A stretch of DNA of 28,909 nucleotides from Eledone cirrhosa (GCA_964016885.1 CAXHJY010001311.1:1-28909); one strand, 5' to 3'. Counted from the stretch's first letter, positions 11,101-25,616 are shown. The notes: generated by a model not told the origin, from the letters alone. Made by a program: numbers and translations.

Positions 11101-11852
11101 GCAAGGATTTCTGTTATACATGACACTACACTTAATGATATGTTAATAAGTTTGATCTTATATATATATATATATATATTGTTATACTTGGGGAGGGTCA
11201 TATTTGTGTAATAATATTGCCAGAATTAATAACAGAACACACTCACTGTTTGGTTGGTTTTCACTTCTCTCTCTTTTATATCGGTTAATTTAATTTATTC
11301 GGTCCTCAATGTTGCCATTGACTGACCAACGGTCAAAGATACAGATAACATATAGACACAAACACATATATATATAGTCTATCAAAGTTCTTTTGTTACA
11401 CATCTGCAACATCGTCAGTGGTGCTATTATGTTTCCTCCCGTTGCATTGTATGCTTACGCCATCTTTTCTTAGTCTGTTTATTTATTTATTTACTTATTT
11501 ATTTTTTTGTCTTCTCTGCGCGTGCGTTTGCGTGTGTGTATAGTGTTTTGTTTGATGTGTGTTCGTGTTTGGGTGACAGTGTATTGTTTATTGTATTCTA
11601 TCTTAGTTTACTAGTGTGTGTTTATATGTGTTTGTTGTTATTGTGCTTGTGTATGTATTTATTTATTTATACTTCTCTTAGGTCAGTGTTGTTTGTTTGG
11701 GCGTTGTTGTTATTCCATTTATTTTTTCTGTTTTGCCTTGGCATTCTAAGTTCTATTTCACTGGCCTTTCTATGTTTAGATATTATTCTAACTTCTATGT
11801 TGCCTATGTTACCATTGTGTTGTTGTCTTGCATGTTCGTATATATATATATA

Positions 11853-12019
11853 TCATCATCATCATCATCATCCGGTTTAGCGTCCGTGTTCCACGCTTGC
11901 ATGGGTTTGGACGGGGGTTTTCCCACTTGAGGCAAGAGTGGTTGTCTTGCTCGCATAGGACTGTCTGGCGGGTTTTCTACAGTTGGATGCCCTTCCTAAC
12001 ACCAACCACATTTACAGTG
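11853..12019 (-). mobile_element. RTE 3' UTR fragment, same subfamily as 20674-23759
   Basis: (CAT)n, CCACGCTTGCATGG, CCCACTTGAGGCAAGA...ATAGGACTGTCTGG...GGATGCCCTTCCTAACACCAACC, matching 20674-20841. Confidence 0.88.
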
Positions 12020-12169
12020 TATATATATGTCTATATATATGTATATATATATATTTTGAGTATATGTTGGTTGTATGGCTGTCACCGAAATATATATAGC
12101 AGTAATAAACGAAGCCAAATTTTAAATATTTGACTTATTTATTTTATTTTATTTTATATATATATATAC

Positions 12170-12595
12170 CTCAAAGGCGATGACACATAAAAGCTGACCA
12201 TACCCAAATACACCTCTCAAAGGCGATGACACACGACTGTGACTTCTGGCGTCACGCAGTAATACAGAGTACCCGACCTCCCATGGGTACAAGCTGAAGC
12301 ATATAGACAATATGCACCCCCACCCCTCACCGCAAGGTGGTCGTGGAGGTGCCACGGCAAAAGAGCACCCAGCCCACACTGTAAAGTGGACGTGTAGGCA
12401 CCACGAAAAAGCACCCAGCACTCACTGTAAATGAGGTTGGTGTTAGGAAGGGCATCCAGCTGTAGAAATCAAGCCAGAATCAGTTCCTGTATGAGCAAAA
12501 CAAGGTCAGCCGACCAGACACTGCCCACAACGGGACAACCAGTCTAACCCATTTTAGCATGGAAGAACGGACGTAAAATGGTGATGATGATGATG
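12170..12595 (+). mobile_element. RTE 3' fragment (last ~40 codons, 3' UTR and (ATG)n), same subfamily as 71-2975, inverted relative to it
   Basis: Close reverse-complement match to 71-480. Compare ORF-track peptides 247..444(+) and 12149..12421(-). Confidence 0.92.
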
Positions 12596-13599
<1,004 letters not shown>

Positions 13600-13683
13600 A
13601 CTAAATAGTCGAGCGTCCTCCTGTCTCTGATTTTCAGCCAGCCCCTTGGATTTTATCAGCTATATTCCTTTGTTATATTTTGA

Positions 13684-13741
13684 ATACCTGATGATGTCAC
13701 CGGATTCATACTGAACCTGGTCATTGAAATGATCATAGTAT
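13684..13741 (+). ncRNA. Candidate minimal type I hammerhead ribozyme (Penelope/retrozyme-like)
   Basis: ATAC-CTGATGA-[stem II with ACCGGATTCA/TGAACCTGGT]-GAA-ATGATCAT-A-GTAT. The core boxes are intact, stem III is palindromic and stem I has 4 bp. The base of stem II is irregular. Confidence 0.55.
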
Positions 13742-13789
13742 AATAAACCTTTCAAGGATTTTCACCAGCCCAGCCTCCTGTTATTTTAT

Positions 13790-13804
13790 AATTATATATA
13801 TATA

Positions 13805-13864
<60 letters not shown>

Positions 13865-13879
13865 TGTGTGTATATGTAC

Positions 13880-13912
<33 letters not shown>
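13790..13912. repeat. (TA)n microsatellite
   Basis: Direct reading. Confidence 0.9.
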
Positions 13913-13913
<1 letters not shown>

Positions 13914-14236
13914 GTGTGTGTATAGGAGTGGTTGACATACACGTTCCACTCTGTTTGACCTCATCAGGGAGATGTCTGCTTCTTCTGTTATCCTGTATCT
14001 GAGCTCATTTTGTTGCTAGGTTACCAGTACTGATGCCCCACCACCACCAGTTGTTTTCACTCACAATCCCCCCACCCACACCCCCCACCCCACCCCACCC
14101 CCCACCCCAATGCCATGGGGATGATGCCCACAGTCTCTTCCTCTCATAAATAATGGAAAAAAAAAAAGATAAAAAAATAAAAAGGTTTCTGTAAAATGAG
14201 ATGGACTGAGTTTGTCTGAGACTATTTTCATGTTAA

Positions 14237-14661
14237 CCCTTTAGCATTTAAACCAGCCATATCCGGCCAGAATTCTCTCACTTTTCTCTGTTCAAACTGG
14301 CTGTATCTGGCTGCTCATACTGATGTTAAGTTATTGTTCTCAAAATAAATAATATCAAAATCTCATAGATTCGATATTATGTAAGGTAAAGTCTTTACTG
14401 TGAAAATACAATAGTATATATAGAGTAATGTAAATGTTATGTGAGATAATTATGTGAGGTAAAGCCTTTACTGTGAAAATACAATAGTATATATAGTGTA
14501 ATGTAAATGTTATGTGAGATATTATGTGAAGTAAAGCCTTTACTGTGAAAATACAATAGTATATATAGTGTAATGTAAATGTTATGTGAGATATTATGTA
14601 AGGTAAAGTCTTTACTGTGAAAATACAATAGTATATATAGAGTAATGTAAATGGTAAAGGG
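14237..14661. mobile_element. Non-autonomous piggyBac-type MITE (TTAA TSD) carrying a 72-bp tandem repeat
   Basis: TTAA(14233-14236)-CCCTTTAGCATTTA...TAAATGGTAAAGGG-TTAA(14662-14665). The terminal inverted repeats match at 13 of 14 positions with CCC/GGG ends. Confidence 0.8.
14375..14657 (+). repeat. 72-bp tandem repeat, about 4 copies
   Basis: Same unit as at 7960-8394. Confidence 0.93.
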
Positions 14662-14783
14662 TTAATCTGAAGGTTTTGTGCCTTGAATGTGAACAAGAAT
14701 AACTCTTAACATTAACAAAGCAAGTGGAACCACATTAGCAAGACTTTCTTGAAAAATAGAAACCACTATTGTACTGTTGTTTT

Positions 14784-17700
14784 ACATTAAATATTAAAGT
14801 CTTTACTGTAATACTGTAAATTTTCACAACAATCTGTCCACCAGTAAAGATACTATAAACATTTAGTACAAAACAACACTATAACTACATCACATTAAAT
14901 ATTAAAGTCTTTACTGTAATACTGTAAATGTTCACAACAATCTGTCCACCAGTAAAGATACTATAAACATTTAGTACAAAACAACACTATAACTACATCA
15001 CATTAAATATTAAAGTCTTTACTGTAATACTGTAAATGTTCACAACAATCTGTCCACCAGTAAAGATACTATAAACATTTAGTACAAAACAACACTATGA
15101 TTACATCACATTAAATATTAAAGTCTTTACTGTAATACTGTAAATGTTCACAACAATCTGTCCACCAGTAAAGATACTATAAACATTTATTACAAAACAA
15201 CACTATGACTACATCACATTAAATATTAAAGTCTTTACTGTAATACTGTCAATGTTCACAACAATCTGTCCACCAGTAAAGATACTATAAACATTTATTA
15301 CAAAACAACACTATGACTACATCACATTAAATATTAAAGTCTTTACTGTAATACTGTAAATATTCACAACAATCTGTCCACCAGTAAAGATACTATAAAC
15401 ATTTAGTACAAAACAACACTATGACTACATCACATTAAATATTAAAGTCTTTACTGTAATACTGTAAATATTCACAACAATCTATCCACCAGTAAAGATA
15501 CTATAAACATTTAGTACAAAACAACACTATAACTACATCACATTAAATATTAAAGTCTTTACTGTAATACTGTAAATTTTCACAACAATCTGTCCACCAG
15601 TAAAGATACTATAAACATTTAGTACAAAACAACACTATGACTACATCACATTAAATATTAAAGTCTTTACTGTAATACTGTAAATTTTCACAACAATCTG
15701 TCCACCAGTAAAGATACTATAAACATTTAGTACAAAACAACACTATGACTACATCACATTAAATATTAAAGTCTTTACTGTAATACTGTAAATATTCACA
15801 ACAATCTATCCACCAGTAAAGATACTATAAACATTTAGTACAAAACAACACTATAACTACATCACATTAAATATTAAAGTCTTTACTGTAATACTGTAAA
15901 TGTTCACAACAATCTGTCCACCAGTAAAGATACTATAAACATTTAGTATAAAACAACACTATGACTACATCACATTAAATATTAAAGTCTTTACTGTAAT
16001 ACTGTAAATATTCACAACAATCTGTCCACCAGTAAAGATACTATAAACATTTATTACAAAACAACACTATGACTACATCACATTAAATATTAAAGTCTTT
16101 ACTGTAATACTGTAAATGTTCACAACAATCTGTCCACCAGTAAAGATACTATAAACATTTAGTATAAAACAACTACATGACTACATCACATTAAATATTA
16201 AAGTCTTTACTGTAATACTGTAAATATTCACAACAATCTGTCCACCAGTAAAGATACTATAAACATTTAGTACAAAACAACACTATGACTACATCACATT
16301 AAATATTAAAGTCTTTATTGTAATACTGTAAATATTCACAACAATCTGTCCACCAGTAAAGATACTATAAACATTTAGTACAAAACAACACTATGACTAC
16401 ATCACATTAAATATTAAAGTCTTTACTGTAATACTGTAAATATTCACAACAATCTGTCCACCAGTAAAGATACTATAAACATTTAGTACAAAACAACACT
16501 ATGACTACATCACATTAAATATTAAAGTCTTTACTGTAATACTGTAAATATTCACAACAATCTGTCCACCAGTAAAGATACTATAAACATTTAGTACAAA
16601 ACAACACTATGACTACATCACATTAAATATTAAAGTCTTTACTGTAATACTGTAAATTTTTACCACAATCTGTCCACCAGTAAAGATACTATAAACATTT
16701 AGTACAAAACAACACTATGACTACATCACATTAAATATTAAAGTCTTTACTGTAATACTGTAAATTTTTACCACAATCTGTCCACCAGTAAAGATACTAT
16801 AAACATTTAGTACAAAACAACACTATGACTACATCACATTAAATATTAAAGTCTTTACTGTAATACTGTAAATTTTTACCACAATCTGTCCACCAGTAAA
16901 GATACTATAAACATTTAGTATAAAACAACACTATGACTACATCACATTAAATATTAAAGTCTTTACTGTAATACTGTAAATATTCACAACAATCTGTCCA
17001 CCAGTAAAGATACTATAAACATTTAGTACAAAACAACACTATGACTACATCACATTAAATATTAAAGTCTTTACTGTAATACTGTAAATTTTTACCACAA
17101 TCTGTCCACCAGTAAAGATACTATAAACATTTAGTACAAAACAACACTATGACTACATCACATTAAATATTAAAGTCTTTACTGTAATACTGTAAATTTT
17201 TACCACAATCTGTCCACCAGTAAAGATACTATAAACATTTAGTACAAAACAACACTATGACTACATCACATTAAATATTAAAGTCTTTACTGTAATACTG
17301 TAAATTTTTACCACAATCTGTCCACCAGTAAAGATACTATAAACATTTAGTACAAAACAACACTATGACTACATCACATTAAATATTAAAGTCTTTACTG
17401 TAATACTGTAAATATTCACAACAATCTGTCCACCAGTAAAGATACTATAAACATTTAGTACAAAACAACACTATGACTACATCACATTAAATATTAAAGT
17501 CTTTACTGTAATACTGTAAATATTCACAACAATCTGTCCACCAGTAAAGATACTATAAACATTTAGTACAAAACAACACTATGACTACATCACATTAAAT
17601 ATTAAAGTCTTTACTGTAATACTGTAAATATTCACAACAATCTGTCCACCAGTAAAGATACTATAAACATTTAGTACAAAACAACACTATGACTACATCA

Positions 17701-19587
17701 CATTAAATATTAAAGTCTTTACTGTAATACTGTAAATTTTTACCACAATCTGTCCACCAGTAAAGATACTATAAACATTTAGTACAAAACAACACTATGA
17801 CTACATCACATTAAATATTAAAGTCTTTACTGTAATACTGTAAATTTTTACCACAATCTGTCCACCAGTAAAGATACTATAAACATTTAGTACAAAACAA
17901 CACTATGACTACATCACATTAAATATTAAAGTCTTTACTGTAATACTGTAAATTTTTACCACAATCTGTCCACCAGTAAAGATACTATAAACATTTAGTA
18001 TAAAACAACACTATGACTACATCACATTAAATATTAAAGTCTTTACTGTAATACTGTAAATATTCACAACAATCTGTCCACCAGTAAAGATACTATAAAC
18101 ATTTAGTACAAAACAACACTATGACTACATCACATTAAATATTAAAGTCTTTACTGTAATACTGTAAATTTTTACCACAATCTGTCCACCAGTAAAGATA
18201 CTATAAACATTTAGTACAAAACAACACTATGACTACATCACATTAAATATTAAAGTCTTTACTGTAATACTGTAAATATTCACAACAATCTGTCCACCAG
18301 TAAAAATACTATAAACATTTAGTACAAAACAACACTATGACTACATCACATTAAATATTAAAGTCTTTACTGTAATACTGTAAATATACACAACAATCTG
18401 TCCACCAGTAAAGATACTATAAACATTTAGTACAAAACAACACTATGACTACATCACATTAGATATTAAAGTCTTTACTGTAATACTGTAAATATTCACA
18501 ACAATCTGTCCACCAGTAAAGATACTATAAACATTTAGTACAAAACAACACTATGACTACATCACATTAAATATTAAAGTCTTTACTGTAATACTGTAAA
18601 TATTCACAACAATCTGTCCACCAGTAAAAATACTATAAACATTTAGTACAAAACAACACTATGACTACATCACATTAAATATTAAAGTCTTTACTGTAAT
18701 ACTGTAAATATACACAACAATCTGTCCACCAGTAAAGATACTATAAACATTTAGTACAAAACAACACTATGACTACATCACATTAGATATTAAAGTCTTT
18801 ACTGTAATACTGTAAATTTTCACAACAATCTGTCCACCAGTAAAGATACTATAAACATTTAGTACAAAACAACACTATGACTACATCACATTAAATATTA
18901 AAGTCTTTACTGTAATACTGTAAATATTCACAACAATCTGTCCACCAGTAAAGATACTATAAACATTTAGTACAAAACAACACTATGACTACATCACATT
19001 AAATATTAAAGTCTTTACTGTAATACTGTAAATATTCACAACAATCTGTCCACCAGTAAAGATACTATAAACATTTAGTACAAAACAACACTATGACTAC
19101 ATCACATTAAATATTAAAGTCTTTACTGTAATACTGTAAATATTCACAACAATCTGTCCACCAGTAAAGATACTATAAACATTTAGTACAAAACAACACT
19201 ATGACTACATCACATTAAATATTAAAGTCTTTACTGTAATACTGTAAATGTTCACAACAATCTGTCCACCAGTAAAGATACTATAAACATTTAGTACAAA
19301 ACAACACTATGACTGCATCACATTAAATATTAAAGTCTTTACTGTAATACTGTAAATATTCACAACAATCTGTCCACCAGTAAAGATACTATAAACATTT
19401 AGTACAAAACAACACTATGACTACATCACATTAAATATTAAAGTCTTTACTGTAATACTGTAAATACTCACTACAATCTGTCCACCAGTAAAGATACTAT
19501 AAACATTTAGTACAAAACAACACTATGACTACATCACATTAAATATTAAAGTCTTTACTGTACTACTGTAAATATTCACAACAATCT
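14784..19587 (+). repeat. 108-bp AT-rich satellite array, about 44.5 copies (4.8 kb)
   Basis: Unit CACATTAAATATTAAAGTCTTTACTGTAATACTGTAAATATTCACAACAATCTGTCCACCAGTAAAGATACTATAAACATTTAGTACAAAACAACACTATGACTACAT, starting at 14891, 14999, 15107 and so on. It has stops in all six frames. Confidence 0.98.
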
Positions 19588-19794
19588 AACACACATGATA
19601 AAATATATACAAATGAAACTAATATCTTCTCCATCAATTCTAAGACGTTCTAGTCATGGGTAGACATACTTCACTAATGAAATCTCATTAGGTAGAAACA
19701 CGCCCCATCCTCTACCTCAACAATGAAATGAAGGTGGAAATGTTAGCAATATGACTAACTACTGGCCTGAATTAACAAGGTAGAACATGTAGTG

Positions 19795-20673
19795 TTTGTG
19801 GGTTGTGTTGTTGTTGTTGGTGTAATGGTGGTGGCGATGGTGGTGGTGGTAATGGTGGTGGTGTTGTTGGTGGTGGTTAAGTGAAAGTCATATATGTATA
19901 TATATATATATATGTGTGTATATGTATAGATATATTTTTGTATATATATGTATGTCTATATATATATGTATATATATATATGTATGTCTATATATATATG
20001 TATATATATATATGTATGTCTATATATATATGTATATATATGTATGTCTATATATATGTATATGTGTGTATATATATATATGTATATATATGTATATATA
20101 TGTATATATATATGTGTGTGTATATATATGTATATATATGTATATATATATATATGTATATATATGTATATATATATATATGTATATATATGTATATATA
20201 TATATATGTATGTGTATATATATGTATATATATATATATATGTATGTGTATATATATGTATATATATATATATATATATGTGTATATATATATATATGTG
20301 TATATATATGTATATATATATATATGTGTATATATATGTATATATATATATATATGTGTATATATATGTATATATATATATATGTATGTGTATATATATG
20401 TATATATATATATGTATATATATACACGTATGTGTATATCTATATATATGTATATATATATGTATGTGTATACGTATGTATATATATATATGTATGTGTA
20501 TACGTATGTATATATCTGTATATGTATATATATATATGTATATATATATGTGTGTGTGTGTGTATATGTATATATGTGTGTGTGTATATGTATATGCGTA
20601 TATGTATATATGTGTGTATATATATATGTATATGTGTGTATATATATATATGTATATATATCTATATATATAT
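19795..20673. repeat. Short (GGT/GTT)n tract followed by compound (TA)n/(TATG)n microsatellite
   Basis: Direct reading. Confidence 0.95.
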
Positions 20674-20951
20674 ATCATCATAATCATCGTTTAACGTCCA
20701 TCTTCCACGCTAGCATGGGTTAGACGGGCATTGTCCCACTTGAGGCAAGATTGGTCGGGTGACCGTGTCTCGCTCATATAGGACTGTCTGGCAGGTTTTC
20801 TACGGTTGGATGCCCTTCCTAACACCAACCATGTTTACAGTGTGGACCGGGAACTTTTTACTGTGTTACCTACACGGCCACAGTACAGCGTGGACTGTGT
20901 GTTTTTTGTCGTGACACCTACACCATCTCAATCTCATTATCTCATTTATTT

Positions 20952-21336
20952 GGGCGGTGGATTGGCAGTATCGGTGGAGGGTCGGACGCCATGCTTTCTA
21001 GCATAGTTACGCCCCTTTACGATCTGAGTTCAAATCCCGCCGAGGTTGACTTTGCCTTTCATCCTTACGGGGTCGATAAAATAAAGTACCAGTAATGCAC
21101 TGGGTAATTGCTGGCCTTGTGCCTAAAGTAGAAACAATTATTAGGGCGGTGGATTGGCAGTATTGGTAGAGGGTCGGACGCCTTGCTTTGACGCATAGAG
21201 TTACGGCCCTTGCCATTCTGAGTTCAAATCCCGCCGAGGTTAACTTTGCCTTTCATCCTTACGGGGTCGATAAAATAAAGTACCAGTAATATACTGGGTA
21301 ATTGTTGGCCTTGTGCCTAAAAGTAGAAATAATTAT
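20952..21336 (+). mobile_element. Head-to-tail dimer of the tRNA-derived SINE within a single TSD pair
   Basis: Monomers lie at about 20952-21142 and 21145-21336. ATTATCTCATTTATTTGG occurs at 20936-20953 and 21332-21349. Confidence 0.9.
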
Positions 21337-21443
21337 CTCATTTATTTGGACTGGATGTTGTGGTACCAACTTTATAGAGAGGGGTTGGTGGGAGTGGGAG
21401 TGGGAGGATAGGGTAGGGGTAGTGGATTGGGGTGTATATTTCA

Positions 21444-23410
21444 ATGACAATGTCAAATATAAAGATAAATTCACCTCATGTTGCCGGACAAGAATGCAAG
21501 GACTCCTCTTTATTTCGGCCGCGGATGGCTAACATAACCCCATCTCCCTCACTCCACCCTGTGCCTCCAACTCATCCTTCCTACCCGCCAAGCGCAATCT
21601 AAAACTGCAGAGTTGGTACCATGAACGTAGGCACTTTAAAAGGTCGCTCTAACGAGCTTGTAGATATACTTGAACTTAAGGAAGTTGATGTTTGCCGTGT
21701 TCAAGAGACCAGGTGGAGGGGTGGGTCTGCTAGATTAATTGTGGGTGAAAAATGATGCTATAAACCTTTCTGAGTGGGAAATGACAATGGGCTGGGTGGA
21801 GTAGGAATCATGTTAGCAGAAAAATGGGTAGATAAGGTAATAGATGTAAATAGAGTTAACGACAGAATAATTAAAATAAGACTTATCCTAAATAGAACTA
21901 CTGTGACAATAATATCTGCGTATGCACCCCAATCTGGACAATTACAAGGATAAAGGAGATGCCCTAGATAGGGGAAACTATAGAGGCATTAAATTAATTG
22001 ACCAAGTCATGAAGGTCACAGAAAAAGTAATAGCGCAACTAATCAGAGAGCGAATTGATCTAGATGAAATGCAGTTCGGGTTTGTGTCAGGTAAAAGTAC
22101 CACAGACGCTCTTTTCATTGTACGACAAACTACAGGAGAAGTACCTAGCTAAAAGTAAACCCCTATACTTAGTTTTTGCTGACTTAGAGAAAGCATTTGA
22201 CAGAGTCCCCCGCTCCATTATCTGGTGGGCTCTTAGAAAACTAGGGGTTGGTGAATGGGTTGTGAGAGCTATACAAGCCATGTATAATGAAACAGTCAGT
22301 AAGGTTAGAATTAACAACGAATATAGTGAAGAATTTAGCGTAAAATTTGGTGCTCATCAAGGCTCTGTGCTTAGCCCCCTCCTATTTATATTTGCCCTTC
22401 AGGCTATAACAGAGGAGTTTAAGACCGGCTGCCCATGGGAACTCCTATACGCAGATAATCTAATGCTCATAGCTGAATCTATGGCTGAACTAGAGAAGAA
22501 ATTCCAAACATGGAAGCATGGCTTAGAATCAAAAGGCCTTAAAGTTAACTTGTCTAAGACTAAAATTCTAATATGTAGGAAGGAAAATAGGGCACAGGTC
22601 CCCTCTGGGAAATGGCCATTCTCAGTGTGTAGGAAAGAAGTAGGCAGAAATTCCATTCTATGTCCCAAATGCAAAGTATGGGTGCATAAAAGATGTAGTG
22701 GGATCACAAGTAAGCTATCTAAGAACGTAGATTTTATATGTGGCCGGTGCTCTGGTGCAATAAGATATAAGATATAGGATAAGATATAAGATACTAGCTC
22801 CTTCTATTGCCCAGATGGCTCTATAGAAATAGTCGACACCTTCCGTTACCTGGGTGACAAAATCAGCAGTGGTGGCGGGTGCTCTGAAAGTACAGTAGCC
22901 AGAGTCAAAACGGGATGGAAAAAGTTCAGAGAGCTTATACCACTATTGGCCACTAAAGGTTTCTCTCTAAAAATGAAAGGCAGGCTGTATGATGCCTGCA
23001 TACGAACAGCAATGTTACATGGCAGTGAGACCTGGGCATTGTGTGCAGAGGATCTTCTCAGACTGGAGAAGAACGAAGCATGCATGCTCCATTGGATGTG
23101 TAATAGTAATATACGTGAACAGCAAAGCATAAATGAACTAAGTGATAAATTAGGTATAAGAGGGATCCGATGCTGTTTACTCGAGAGAAGACTATGTTGG
23201 TATGGTCATGTGATGTGCATGAAAGATGACAGCTGTATAAAAAAGTGCAGGGCGATCAAAATTGATGGAAGTTACGGAGTAGGCAGACCCAGAAAAACCT
23301 GGGACGATTAGATAAATTCTAACCTTACACACTTGCACCTCTCCAAGACAATGTCACTGGACCGAGATCTTTGGCGCTACGCAGTAATACAGAAGACCCG
23401 CCTTGCCTAA
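21444..23410 (+). pseudogene. Disrupted RTE ORF (APE N-terminal half, deletion of more than 1 kb, RT plus PHD-type finger)
   Basis: ATG 21444 is in frame with RVGTMNVGTLKGRS...VQETRWRG...GVGIML...IISAYAPQSG, with in-frame stops. At about 21942 it jumps to [18 protein letters not shown]. There is a frameshift near 22128, YADD has become YADN, and further stops occur at 22777 and 23311. Confidence 0.92.
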
Positions 23411-23759
23411 GTACAAAGCGAAACCTACAGTCAGAAGGCACCTCTTAACCAAAATACACCCCCATCCAACTACCCCAACTCCCCCACCAATACCATCCCT
23501 TTCTCTGTAAAGTTATGTTGGTAGCACAACATCCAGTCCTAAATAAATGAGGTCGTGTAGGTGTCACGACAAAAAACACACAGTCCACGCTGTAATGTGG
23601 CTGTGTAGGTAACACCGTAAAAACCTCCCAGTCCACACTGTAAACGTGATTGGTGTCAGACAGTCCTATACAAGCGAGACAACCAATCTTGTCTCAAGCG
23701 GGACAACTCCCGTCTAAACCCATGCTAGCGTGGAAGATAGACGTTAAACGATGATGATG

Positions 23760-25471
<1,712 letters not shown>

Positions 25472-25551
25472 ATCATCATAATCATCATTATCATTGTTTA
25501 ATGTCCACCTCCCAGGCTAGCACGGGAAGATGGACGTTAAATGTTGATGAT
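25472..25551. mobile_element. Mini-palindrome formed by two RTE 3' tails fused head-to-head at GCTAGC
   Basis: (CAT)n-TGTTTAATGTCCACCTCCCAG-GCTAGC-ACGGGAAGATGGACGTTAAATG-TTGATGAT. The halves match 20674-20713 and 23724-23759. Confidence 0.75.
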
Positions 25552-25556
25552 ATATA

Positions 25557-25616
25557 TACGCCTCTGTCGAGCATGTTTCTCTCGGCAGAATTTGATGTCC
25601 ATCACTGGTTGCAATA
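25557..25616 (-). pseudogene. 60-bp diverged duplicate of the 5' end of the TGF-beta exon
   Basis: 54 of 60 bases are identical to 27150-27209. It encodes [17 protein letters not shown] versus [17 protein letters not shown], and the acceptor TTGCAG has become TTGCAA. Confidence 0.8.

Larger units (their letters stand above)
20674..23759 (+). mobile_element. Decayed RTE-clade retrotransposon with a 5' inverted copy of its 3' UTR, an internal deletion and a nested SINE dimer
   Basis: The left arm (20674-20951 plus about 21348-21442) is the reverse complement of the right arm (about 23452-23759). APE and RT remnants lie between them. (CAT)n is on the left, (ATG)n on the right and (TA)n outside both. 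Confidence 0.85.

Noticed and set aside
12170-12233. 18-nt direct repeat CTCAAAGGCGATGACACA as a TSD
   Set aside because: Both copies are at the 5' end of the fragment, 46 bp apart, so it is a local junction duplication and does not flank the element.
13930-13970. Minus-strand CTGATGAG...GGAACGTGTA as a third hammerhead
   Set aside because: There is no pairable stem II and the GAAA box is broken.
14800-19587. miR-8/miR-200-like seed TAATACTGT in each 108-bp unit
   Set aside because: Only about 9 nt match, and they fall in the spacer of the unit's inverted repeat rather than in a long stem, so no pre-miRNA hairpin forms.
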